From assembly GCA_934096405.1 (NCBI GenBank), contig CAKOLW010000002.1:16754-80753 (forward strand): DNA of 64,000 bases. Direction: 5' to 3'. Every line of letters begins with the position of its first letter. Positions within the stretch are counted from its first letter, which is position 1. A model generated the notes under the pieces. It made no database searches, was not told the origin of the DNA, and saw only the letters and a list, made by a program, of their open reading frames with translations. This document shows positions 55,039 to 64,000 of the stretch, piece by piece. This stretch comes from an uncultured Bacilli bacterium. GTDB taxonomy: Bacteria; Bacillota_I; Bacilli_A; RF39; UBA660. The translations under genes were made by a program, and so were the position numbers.

Positions 55039-55950
55039 TTACTTATATTTTCTCACATATTTTAAATCTTTACCTAGAGAACAAGATACTCCAGTATCAA
55101 ATGATAAATCAGTAAATACTGAATTTAATGTATCCATACTATTACCATCATAAATGAATCCATTTACTTTAGAAATAGCTTCTTGAGATTCAGTAATTGA
55201 TTTGTCATAAAGTTCCATAAAACTCTCGCTATGTCTTTCATTAGTTTGTGGATTTGTCCAAGTAGCATTAGAATCATTTGTTATTTCACCTAGTGATAAT
55301 TTATTCATTTCTAAAAATTTTCTAAATTTAGATACTTTAATTAACTTTTCTTTTGAACTTAAATAAGGAATATTAGTAATATCTTCAACAAATTTAAATG
55401 CAGAAAATTCTGACTTATAACTAAATAAAGCTTGTTTATCTCCATACGTTTTCATATAAACCCATTTTACTAAATCTTGTACATCTTTATCAGTTAAATC
55501 TAGATGCCCTAAATATGTACCTTTCAAACTCATATAATCTTTACCTAAAATTTTTTCTGACATATATGAACTTAAGTAACCTTCAACTAACATATGAGAA
55601 GATATAGCATTAGGTGATTTACATCCAGCTTCAATATAATAAATTAATGGATGTGTATTAACATCTAGAAAATAATGCGCTATTTGACCATATAATAAAG
55701 ACATAACACATTCATTTTCATAAAGTTTATTATCTTTAATATATTTAACTAAATTCATAAAAAACAATTTAGTATTCAAGTTATGTGCATCATATTTGTT
55801 TAAAGCATTTGAAATCACTGATAAGTCTTGTCCTAAACTATTTGCTTTTAAACTTTCTCTTTCAACTGATACTTTAAATAATTTTTCATCTGATTCACTT
55901 TTTTTATGTAAATCTTCTCCCATAATCGCATGTGATAAATAAGCTGGCAT
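55039..55950 (-). CDS. Hypothetical protein, possibly of the zinc-dependent phospholipase C-like family
   Basis: An N-terminal MPAYLSHAIMG and later His-containing motifs (AHYFLDVNTHP). The family call is weak and from memory. Confidence 0.4.
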   Translation of the reverse strand: MPAYLSHAIMGEDLHKKSESDEKLFKVSVERESLKANSLGQDLSVISNALNKYDAHNLNTKLFFMNLVKYIKDNKLYENECVMSLLYGQIAHYFLDVNTHPLIYYIEAGCKSPNAISSHMLVEGYLSSYMSEKILGKDYMSLKGTYLGHLDLTDKDVQDLVKWVYMKTYGDKQALFSYKSEFSAFKFVEDITNIPYLSSKEKLIKVSKFRKFLEMNKLSLGEITNDSNATWTNPQTNERHSESFMELYDKSITESQEAISKVNGFIYDGNSMDTLNSVFTDLSFDTGVSCSLGKDLKYVRKYK

Positions 55951-56042
55951 ATAATCCTCCTTTATTACTAACTATAATTTTACTAATATAACTTAAGTAA
56001 GTCAAATTAAGAAATATGTTGTGTAAAATGAAAAGAAGACAC

Positions 56043-59000
56043 TTATTCAGCATCTTCTTTGTTTTCTTCTACTTCTGTATTTTCTTCTTTTGTATCAGTT
56101 AAGAATGTTTCTTCTAGTACTTCTGATGGATCATCACTTAAGAATTCTTTTTCTAACATTAATTCAATATTAGAATATTCTTTAGCACCAGTTCCAGCAG
56201 GAATTAATTTACCTAAGATAACATTTTCTTTTAATCCATTTAGATGGTCAACTTTACCTCTTACAGCAGCATCAGTTAGGATTCTTGTAGTTTCTTGGAA
56301 TGATGCAGCACTTAAGAATGAATCAGTCTCTAAACTAGCTTTAGTGATACCAAGCATTACAGCCTTACCACTAGCAGGTATTTTTCCTTCTAGGATATAA
56401 GGTTTATTTCTTTCAGTAAATTCTCTAATTGAAACTGCTGTACCTTCAACAAAGTCAGTATCACCTTGATCAGTAATCTTAATTTTGTTAATCATTCTCT
56501 TAACAACTGTTTCAATATGCTTATCAGAAACATCAACACCTTGACTCTTATATACTTTTTGAATTTCTCTTAAAATATATTCTTGAACTGTTGTTGGATC
56601 AGTAACAGCTAATAATTCTTTTGGACTTATACTTCCTTCAGTAAGTGCTTGTCCAGCTTCAACCATTTGTCCTTTTTCAACTCTTAGTTTAGCATTATAT
56701 AGTGTTACATGTTCTCTAACTTCAACATCATTTGTAATGTAAATCTTAAATTTACCTTTATCTTCTTGTATCTTTGTAACTTTACCACCAATTTCAGCAA
56801 TAGTTGCTTTTGCTTTTGGAGTTCTTGCTTCAAATAATTCTTCTACACGAGGAAGACCTTGTGTAATATCATCTGCACCAGCAACACCACCAGTATGGAA
56901 TGTACGCATTGTAAGTTGTGTACCAGGTTCACCGATACTTTGAGCAGCCATAATACCTACTGCTTCACCTATTTCTACAACATTACCAGTAGCAAGGTTA
57001 CGTCCATAACATTTTTGACATAATCCATTATGAGTCTTACATGTTAATACACTTCTAATTTCAATCTTAGTTATACCAGCCTTAACTATTTTCTTAGCTA
57101 TATGTTCAGTGATTAATTCACCTTTACCAATAATAACCTCTTTAGTTTCAGGATTAATAACCTTTTGATTAGTAAATCTACCAACTATTCTTTCTTCAAA
57201 ACTTTCTAGTACACTACCTGATTTATCATCAATAAATGCACTAACTTCAAGTCCTTGAATAGTTCCACAATCTTCTTCTTTAATAATTAAATCTTGTACT
57301 ACATCAACAAGTCTACGAGTTAAGTAACCAGCATCAGCTGTCTTAAGAGCAGTATCAGCAGTACCTTTTCTTGAACCATGGCTACTTAAGAAGAATTCTT
57401 GCACGTCAAGTCCTTCTTTAAATGATGCAGTAATAGGAATTTCTACTTCTTCACCATCTGGCTTAGCCATAATTCCACGCATACCACTAAGTTGTCCTAA
57501 TTGAGAAGCATTACCTCTAGCTTTAGAAGTAAATATCATAGCAAGTGGATTAGAATCTTTTTCTTTATCCATTTCATCCATAACTGCTTTTTGAACATCT
57601 TTAGTAGCATTTAACCATAAATCAACAACTTTTCTATGTCTTTCTTCATCAGTAATTAAACCACGTTTATATTGTTTATTTACTTTATCTACAGTTTCTT
57701 GTGTATCGTTTATAATCTTTTCTTTAAAATCAGTTACTGGAATATCACTTAAACTAAATGTAATACCAGATAATGTACTGAATTTAAATCCTTGGTTTTT
57801 AAGTTTATCTAGGAATATACTAGTTTCAGTTGTTTTAAATCTCTTAAATATTTGTGCTATTAATTTTTCTAAGTCTTTCTTAACAAATCCTTTAGCTATA
57901 GGAATCTCTTTTACTCTTTCTGGCAAATTTTCACCTTTTTCAATAAAGTAAATATCTGGAGTTAATCCTTCAAAATTTTCTTTACTTGCTTCATTTACAT
58001 AAGGAAATGCATCAGGTAATATTTCATTAAATATTATTTTACCAGGAGTAGTTACTAAGTATTTATCAATATTAGCATCTGCCCATATTTTATGAGTAAA
58101 ACTTTTAGCAGGAATACATATTCTAGTGTGTAGAGTTATATTTCTTCTTTCATAGTCCATTAATGCTTCATTTGAATTTTTATAAGCTTTACCTTCATGC
58201 TCTAATCCAGCAATCTCAAGAGTTAAGTAATAGTTACCTAATACCATATCCTGTCCTGGAGTAACAATTGGGCTTCCATCTTTAGGTGATAAGATATTGT
58301 TAGCACCTAACATTAATAATCTTGCTTCAGATTGAGCTTCCTCACTTAATGGAACGTGAACTGCCATTTGGTCTCCATCGAAGTCAGCATTAAATGCTGT
58401 ACAAACAAGTGGATGTAATCTTAAAGCCTTACCACCTACTAGTTTAGGTTCAAATGCTTGAATACCTAATCTATGTAGTGTTGGAGCACGGTTAAGTAAT
58501 ACTGGATGTTCTTTAATAACCTCTTCAACAATATCCCATACTCTTTCATCTTGCGCATCTATTAATTTTTTAGCACCTTTAATATTATGAGCTAATTCTC
58601 TTTCAACTAATTCATGTATAACATGTGGTTTAAATAACTCAAGAGCCATTTCTTTTGGAATACCACATTGATACATCTTTAATGATGGTCCTACTGCAAT
58701 AACAGAACGACCTGAGTAGTCTACACGTTTACCTAATAGGTTTTGTCTAAATCTACCTTGTTTACCTTTAAGCATACTTGATAATGATTTTAAAGGTCTA
58801 TTTCCTACACCTTGTACACTTCTTCCACGTCTACCATTATCAATTAAAGCATCTACTGCTTCTTGAAGCATACGTTTTTCATTTTGTACAATAATTGTAG
58901 GAGCACCAAGTTCTAATAATTTCTTAAGACGATTATTTCTATTAATAATTCTTCTATATAAATCATTTAAATCACTTGTTGCAAATCTTCCACCAGGTAA

Positions 59001-59729
59001 TTGTATCATTGGTCTTAAATCAGGTGGTAATACAGGAAGTACATCTAATATCATCCATTCTGGTCTATTTCCACTTTCAATAAAACTTTGTAAACAATCT
59101 ACTCTTTTAACTAATCTTAATTTCTTTTGTCCTTGACTAGCATCTATTTCTTTCTTTAAGCTTTCTACTTCTTTTTCAAGATCTACTTCACTTAATAAAG
59201 TTTTAATTGCTTCAGCACCCATTCCTACTTTAAAAGTGTTTCCATATTTTTCATAATATGCACGATATTCTTTATCAGATAAAGTTTGTTTCTTTTCAAG
59301 AGGAGCATTACCTGGGTCTAATACAACATAACTTACAAAATAAATTACTTCTTCAATATCTCTTGGAGACATATCAAGTACTAGTCCTATCTTAGGTGGT
59401 ACACCTTTAGTATACCAAATGTGAGCAACAGGAGTTGCAAGTTCTATATGTCCCATTCTCTCACGTCTTACTTTAGAACGAGTTACTTCAACTCCACATC
59501 TATCACACACTACATTTTTATATCTTAATCTTTTATATTTTCCACAAGCACATTCAAAATCCTTTGTTGGACCAAATATTTTTTCACAATATAATCCATC
59601 TCTTTCAGGACGAAGTGTTCTATAATTTATAGTTTCAGGCTTTTTAACTTCCCCATAACTCCATGAACGGATTTTTTCAGGTGAAGCGATACCGATTCTA
59701 ATTCCTTCAAATAAATTAACATCCATCAT
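56043..59729 (-). CDS. rpoC: DNA-directed RNA polymerase subunit beta'
   Basis: 1228 aa, with the NADFDGDQM catalytic motif and the zinc-binding CxCGK..C..C. Confidence 0.98.
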   Translation of the reverse strand: MMDVNLFEGIRIGIASPEKIRSWSYGEVKKPETINYRTLRPERDGLYCEKIFGPTKDFECACGKYKRLRYKNVVCDRCGVEVTRSKVRRERMGHIELATPVAHIWYTKGVPPKIGLVLDMSPRDIEEVIYFVSYVVLDPGNAPLEKKQTLSDKEYRAYYEKYGNTFKVGMGAEAIKTLLSEVDLEKEVESLKKEIDASQGQKKLRLVKRVDCLQSFIESGNRPEWMILDVLPVLPPDLRPMIQLPGGRFATSDLNDLYRRIINRNNRLKKLLELGAPTIIVQNEKRMLQEAVDALIDNGRRGRSVQGVGNRPLKSLSSMLKGKQGRFRQNLLGKRVDYSGRSVIAVGPSLKMYQCGIPKEMALELFKPHVIHELVERELAHNIKGAKKLIDAQDERVWDIVEEVIKEHPVLLNRAPTLHRLGIQAFEPKLVGGKALRLHPLVCTAFNADFDGDQMAVHVPLSEEAQSEARLLMLGANNILSPKDGSPIVTPGQDMVLGNYYLTLEIAGLEHEGKAYKNSNEALMDYERRNITLHTRICIPAKSFTHKIWADANIDKYLVTTPGKIIFNEILPDAFPYVNEASKENFEGLTPDIYFIEKGENLPERVKEIPIAKGFVKKDLEKLIAQIFKRFKTTETSIFLDKLKNQGFKFSTLSGITFSLSDIPVTDFKEKIINDTQETVDKVNKQYKRGLITDEERHRKVVDLWLNATKDVQKAVMDEMDKEKDSNPLAMIFTSKARGNASQLGQLSGMRGIMAKPDGEEVEIPITASFKEGLDVQEFFLSSHGSRKGTADTALKTADAGYLTRRLVDVVQDLIIKEEDCGTIQGLEVSAFIDDKSGSVLESFEERIVGRFTNQKVINPETKEVIIGKGELITEHIAKKIVKAGITKIEIRSVLTCKTHNGLCQKCYGRNLATGNVVEIGEAVGIMAAQSIGEPGTQLTMRTFHTGGVAGADDITQGLPRVEELFEARTPKAKATIAEIGGKVTKIQEDKGKFKIYITNDVEVREHVTLYNAKLRVEKGQMVEAGQALTEGSISPKELLAVTDPTTVQEYILREIQKVYKSQGVDVSDKHIETVVKRMINKIKITDQGDTDFVEGTAVSIREFTERNKPYILEGKIPASGKAVMLGITKASLETDSFLSAASFQETTRILTDAAVRGKVDHLNGLKENVILGKLIPAGTGAKEYSNIELMLEKEFLSDDPSEVLEETFLTDTKEENTEVEENKEDAE

Positions 59730-62700
59730 TATTCTTCACCTTCTTCCATATCACTTTCATCATATTCTAAATCATCTAATGAGTCATACTCATCTTCAAA
59801 TTCATCATCTTCATCATCAAAGTCATCTTCTTGTGGTTCTTCAACTATTTCTTCTTTACTTGTATCTATTTCATCAATAGTTACTGGAGTATCTTCATCA
59901 CTTTCTTCTTTTTCAAGTTCTTTTACATCTTTAAATCCATCTTTAGTTAATACACTAATATCTAAACCTAAAGCTTGGAACTCTTTAATTAGAACTCTAA
60001 ATGATTCTGGAACTCCTGCTTGATCAACTGGTTTACCTTTAACTAGTTGTTCATATACCTTAACACGTCCTAAAACGTCATCTGACTTAATAGTTAATAC
60101 TTCTTGTAAAATGTGAGCAGCACCATAAGCATATAATGCCCAAACTTCCATTTCACCGAATCTTTGACCACCAAATTGTGCTTTACCACCAAGAGGTTGT
60201 TGTGTTACTAAACTGTAAGGTCCAGTAGAACGAGCATGCATCTTATCATCAACCATGTGATTAAGTTTAATCATATACATGACACCTACATTAACACGCT
60301 TATCAAATCTTTCGCCTGTACGTCCATCATATAACCATGTCTTATAGTCAGGATCAAGTTTAGCTTCTTTTGTCATATTAACTATATCTTCTTCAGTAGC
60401 ACTATCGAATACTGGAGTTGCAATATGAACACCTAATGTTTTAGCAGCCATTCCTAAGTGTACTTCAAGAATTTGTCCAAGGTTCATACGAGATGGAACA
60501 CCTAATGGGTTAAGTATTACATCAACTGTTCTTCCGTCTGGTAGGTAAGGCATATCTTCTTCAGGTAGAACTAAACTTACTACACCTTTGTTACCATGAC
60601 GACCACTCATCTTATCTCCTACTTGCATCTTTCTTTTCTTTATTAGATAAATTCTAATAATCTTAATTACACCAGCAGGTATTTCATCTGAGTTCTCTTT
60701 AGTAAATACTTGTACATCATGTACTATTCCATTAGATCCATGAGGTACTCTTAATGAAGTATCTCTAACTTCACGAGTTTTTTCACCAAATATTGCATGT
60801 AATAATTTTTCCTCACTTGTTAATTCCTGAACTCCTTTTGGAGTAATTTTACCAACTAAAATATCGTTTTCTTTAACTTCTGTACCAATTCTAATGATAC
60901 CATGTTCATCAAGATTTCTACGAGCCTCTTCACTAACATTTGGAATATCTCTTGTAAATTCTTCTGGTCCTAATTTAGTATCACGACATTCTACTTCTAG
61001 CATTTCTATATGTACTGAAGTTAATACATCATTTTTAACTATTCTTTCATTTAATATAACTGCATCTTCATAGTTATATCCATTATAAGTCATGAATGCA
61101 ACTGTTAAGTTTTTACCTAAAGAGATCTCTCCATCATTTGTACTAGGTCCATCAGCAATAATATCTCCAACTTTAACTTCATCACCTTTTTTAACAATAG
61201 GCTTTTGAGTATAACAAGTTTCAGCATTACTTCTTTGATAACTTATTAGTTCATATTCATGTTTACCTTTACTATTTTTAATAATAATCTTCTTACCATC
61301 AACATAATCTACTACGCCTTCATCTTTAGATTTTATTACACATCCAGAATCTAATGCAGCATATTTTTCAACACCAGTTCCTACAATTGGAGCTTCAGTA
61401 ACCATTAATGGTACTGCTTGACGTTGCATGTTAGCACCCATTAGTGCACGATTAGCATCATCATGTTCTAGGAATGGTATCATACTAGTTGTAATACTTA
61501 CTATTTGACTTGGTGAAACATCACTATAATCAACTTTAGTTTTTTCTACAACCAAGTTATCTCTATTAAATCTTACTGGTACACTATCTTCTCCAATTTC
61601 ATTTTTATCATTAACTTTAATAGTTGCTGGACAAATATAGAAATTTTCTTCTTCATCTGCTGTCATATAAACTATTTCATCAGTAAGTTTTCCGTTTTCA
61701 ACTTTTCTATATGGAGTCATTATAAATCCATATTCATTTAATTTAGCATAACCGGCTAAACTTGTAATAAGTCCAATATTTTGTCCTTCTGGAGTTTCTA
61801 CTGGACAAATTCTACCATAGTGAGATGAGTTAACATCACGAACTTCCATACCTGCTCTATCTCTTGATAATCCACCAGGTCCTAAAGCACTAAGTTTACG
61901 TTTATCATATAACTCAGCTAATGGGTTAATTTGATCCATGAATTTAGATAATTGGCTACTACCAAAGAATTCTTTTAAAGCTGCTGTAACAGGTCTAATA
62001 TTTATTAAACTCTTAGGAGTTACAGTATCTATATCTTGAGTAGTCATTCTTTCTCTAATTACTCTTTCCATACGAGCAATACCAACTCTAAATTGATTTT
62101 GAATTAATTCTCCACCTTGTCTTACACGTCTATTAGCCAAATGGTCAATTTCATCAAAATTACCTACTCCATAATGTAAATTAATATAATAGTTAACACT
62201 AGCATAAATATCACTAATAGTTAATCTCTTAGTATCAATACTTTGATCATTACCAATAACTTTAATGATTTTATCAGTTCCATCATTAGCATAAACTAAA
62301 ACTTCTTGAACTTTATTATATTGATCTAATTCTTCATTAATTTTAACTTCATGAACACCATAACCACTTTTAAATATTGGTTTGATTTCTTCTAACAATT
62401 CTTTAGTGATTAAAGTACCCTTTTTAACTTTAATTTCTCCATCAACAACTATATCTTCACCAATACGATTATTAAGTAATCTGTCACAAACATTTAACTT
62501 TCTATTGAATTTGTAACGTCCTACTTTAGCTAAATCATATCTAAACTTATCAAAGAATCTAGTTATTAATTGGTTTTTACTAGAATCCAATGTAGCAGGT
62601 TCTCCAGGTCTTAATTTTTCATATATTTCTATTAATGCTTGATCAGTATTATTAGTAGAATCCTTTTCTATAGTATTAGTGATATATTCATCTTCACCAA

Positions 62701-63331
62701 ACACTTTAATAATATCATCATCACTAGACAAACCTAAAGCACGTAAGAATGTTGTAATTGGAACTTTTCTCGTTCTATCTATTCTTACATAGAAAATATT
62801 TCTAGCATCAAGTTCATACTCTAACCAAGTTCCTTTACTAGGTATAACTTCACTTGTAATTATGTTACGTCCATTTTTATCTATTTCTCTTTTGAAATAA
62901 ATACTAGGTGAACGAACTAATTGACAGTTAATTACTCTTTCAACACCATTTACAATAAATGATGCATTTTCTGTCATAAGTGGAATATCTCCTAAGAATA
63001 CCTCTTGTTCTTTAACTTCACCAGTTTCGTTAATAAACAATCTTGCTTTAACTTTTAAAGGCGCAGCATACGTTACTCTTCTTTCTTTAGATTCATTAAC
63101 TGAATATCTAGGTTCTTCTAAAGTATATTCACCAAATTCAAGCGATAAACTTCCACTGAAACTCTCCACTGGAAAAATATCTTCAAATACCTCTTTTATC
63201 CCCTCATCCAAAAATTTTTGAAAAGAATCTTTTTGAATTTCAAGTAAATTTGAAAGTTCAAATCTATTCTTTAATTTTGAGAAATTTCTTCTTTCTCTAG
63301 ACATACCAAACTTTTCAACTTTGTAAGCCAT
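59729..63331 (-). CDS. rpoB: DNA-directed RNA polymerase subunit beta
   Basis: 1200 aa, with conserved blocks such as [14 protein letters not shown]. The C-terminal tail is unusually long and acidic. Confidence 0.98.
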   Translation of the reverse strand: MAYKVEKFGMSRERRNFSKLKNRFELSNLLEIQKDSFQKFLDEGIKEVFEDIFPVESFSGSLSLEFGEYTLEEPRYSVNESKERRVTYAAPLKVKARLFINETGEVKEQEVFLGDIPLMTENASFIVNGVERVINCQLVRSPSIYFKREIDKNGRNIITSEVIPSKGTWLEYELDARNIFYVRIDRTRKVPITTFLRALGLSSDDDIIKVFGEDEYITNTIEKDSTNNTDQALIEIYEKLRPGEPATLDSSKNQLITRFFDKFRYDLAKVGRYKFNRKLNVCDRLLNNRIGEDIVVDGEIKVKKGTLITKELLEEIKPIFKSGYGVHEVKINEELDQYNKVQEVLVYANDGTDKIIKVIGNDQSIDTKRLTISDIYASVNYYINLHYGVGNFDEIDHLANRRVRQGGELIQNQFRVGIARMERVIRERMTTQDIDTVTPKSLINIRPVTAALKEFFGSSQLSKFMDQINPLAELYDKRKLSALGPGGLSRDRAGMEVRDVNSSHYGRICPVETPEGQNIGLITSLAGYAKLNEYGFIMTPYRKVENGKLTDEIVYMTADEEENFYICPATIKVNDKNEIGEDSVPVRFNRDNLVVEKTKVDYSDVSPSQIVSITTSMIPFLEHDDANRALMGANMQRQAVPLMVTEAPIVGTGVEKYAALDSGCVIKSKDEGVVDYVDGKKIIIKNSKGKHEYELISYQRSNAETCYTQKPIVKKGDEVKVGDIIADGPSTNDGEISLGKNLTVAFMTYNGYNYEDAVILNERIVKNDVLTSVHIEMLEVECRDTKLGPEEFTRDIPNVSEEARRNLDEHGIIRIGTEVKENDILVGKITPKGVQELTSEEKLLHAIFGEKTREVRDTSLRVPHGSNGIVHDVQVFTKENSDEIPAGVIKIIRIYLIKKRKMQVGDKMSGRHGNKGVVSLVLPEEDMPYLPDGRTVDVILNPLGVPSRMNLGQILEVHLGMAAKTLGVHIATPVFDSATEEDIVNMTKEAKLDPDYKTWLYDGRTGERFDKRVNVGVMYMIKLNHMVDDKMHARSTGPYSLVTQQPLGGKAQFGGQRFGEMEVWALYAYGAAHILQEVLTIKSDDVLGRVKVYEQLVKGKPVDQAGVPESFRVLIKEFQALGLDISVLTKDGFKDVKELEKEESDEDTPVTIDEIDTSKEEIVEEPQEDDFDDEDDEFEDEYDSLDDLEYDESDMEEGEE

Positions 63332-63424
63332 TTAGTCACCCCAATTCCATAGATTTAAAAACACAATAACGATAAAAAATACACGTATCGCAATTTATAA
63401 TATTATCAGAAAATTGTAAACTTT

Positions 63425-64000
63425 TCAATACTTTTTAGCACGAAAAATATAAAATCCTTTACTTTTTTCTGTGTTTTCAACAATTAGTTCTTTATTAAGT
63501 ACTTTTACTATACTTTTTGCTCCCTGGTCTTTTCTTACAACAAACCATAATTCTCCACCAGAATTCAAATGTTCAACTGAACCATTAAGTATTTCCAAAA
63601 CCTTTTCTTTGCCTGCTCTTATAGGTGGATTTGTAATAATAACATCATATTTATCTTTAACACTCTGGTAAGCATCACTCATATAAGCTTTAGCATTAAC
63701 TTTATTTTCGTTTATATTTCTTTCAGTCAAATGTAATGCTCTTTTGTTCACATCAACCATTTCTACATAACTATTTGTAACTTTAGATAATACAATACCA
63801 ATAAATCCATACCCACATCCTACATCTAATATTTTTTTATTATCATGATTATATTTTAAATAATTTTCTACTAGAACTTTAGAGCCATAATCAATCTTAT
63901 CCTTAGAAAAGACTCCTAAATCTGATAAAAAAGTAAAAGAGAAAGATTCATAATTATAATTAATCTTTCTTATTTCACTTTTTAAATTTTCATTATTTGT
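63425..64000 (-). CDS. Class I SAM-dependent methyltransferase (YbxB/RsmC-like), with its 5' end beyond the window
   Basis: The ORF stays open upstream of the track start: ..KILDVGCGYGFIGIVLSK..VEMVDVN..VIITNPPIRAGK. It sits upstream of rpoB, as ybxB does in B. subtilis. Confidence 0.8.
   Translation of the reverse strand, partial: TNNENLKSEIRKINYNYESFSFTFLSDLGVFSKDKIDYGSKVLVENYLKYNHDNKKILDVGCGYGFIGIVLSKVTNSYVEMVDVNKRALHLTERNINENKVNAKAYMSDAYQSVKDKYDVIITNPPIRAGKEKVLEILNGSVEHLNSGGELWFVVRKDQGAKSIVKVLNKELIVENTEKSKGFYIFRAKKY

Overview
This is a very AT-rich 64-kb chromosomal segment of a low-GC Firmicute (Bacillota). It uses the standard code 11: TGA ends ORFs, and RpoB and RpoC read through without interruption. 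Nearly all genes lie on the minus strand.

Housekeeping blocks:
- stp-pknB-rsgA-divIB-ftsA-ftsZ (2.9-9.3 kb)
- rpmG-efp followed by a lone spoIIIAH-like gene, a GerE-type regulator and a GerM-like gene (12.2-16 kb)
- a heterodimeric ABC exporter and hemW (25-30 kb)
- rpsU-yqeY, rpe and murT-gatD (31-35 kb)
- cdaA-cdaR (41.7-43.9 kb)
- ybxB-like methyltransferase, rpoB and rpoC (56-64 kb)

RNA genes: tRNA-Arg(TCT), tRNA-Ile(GAT), tRNA-Glu(TTC), tRNA-Thr(CGT) and tmRNA (ssrA).

Accessory content and main leads:
1. A paralogous family of secreted proteins with a SipW-type signal peptide, a TasA/camelysin-like N-domain and a WW(L/S)SP...VRP lectin-like C-domain (1250-2794, 35151-36746, 36848-39586). 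One copy carries a sharply bounded, adenine-poor, roughly 60% G+C patch that resembles a DGR variable region. An orphan type IV pilin shares a fragment of the C-domain.
2. A conserved leader of about 175 nt is present twice, upstream of two surface-protein operons. It holds a 20-21-codon mini-ORF, a perfect 16-bp palindrome and the only two G8 homopolymers in the window.
3. Two double-glycine-leader bacteriocin-like peptides, missed by the ORF track, lie behind a C39-peptidase ABC exporter.
4. A tandemly duplicated PD-(D/E)xK-like 'toxin-domain' gene (one copy has a nonsense mutation) is interleaved with three promoter-plus-hairpin small-RNA modules that show compensatory stem changes.
5. An island of orphan genes sits next to tRNA-Thr and tmRNA and has a 32-bp imperfect direct repeat.

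I found no CRISPR array, transposase, integrase, reverse transcriptase or rRNA.
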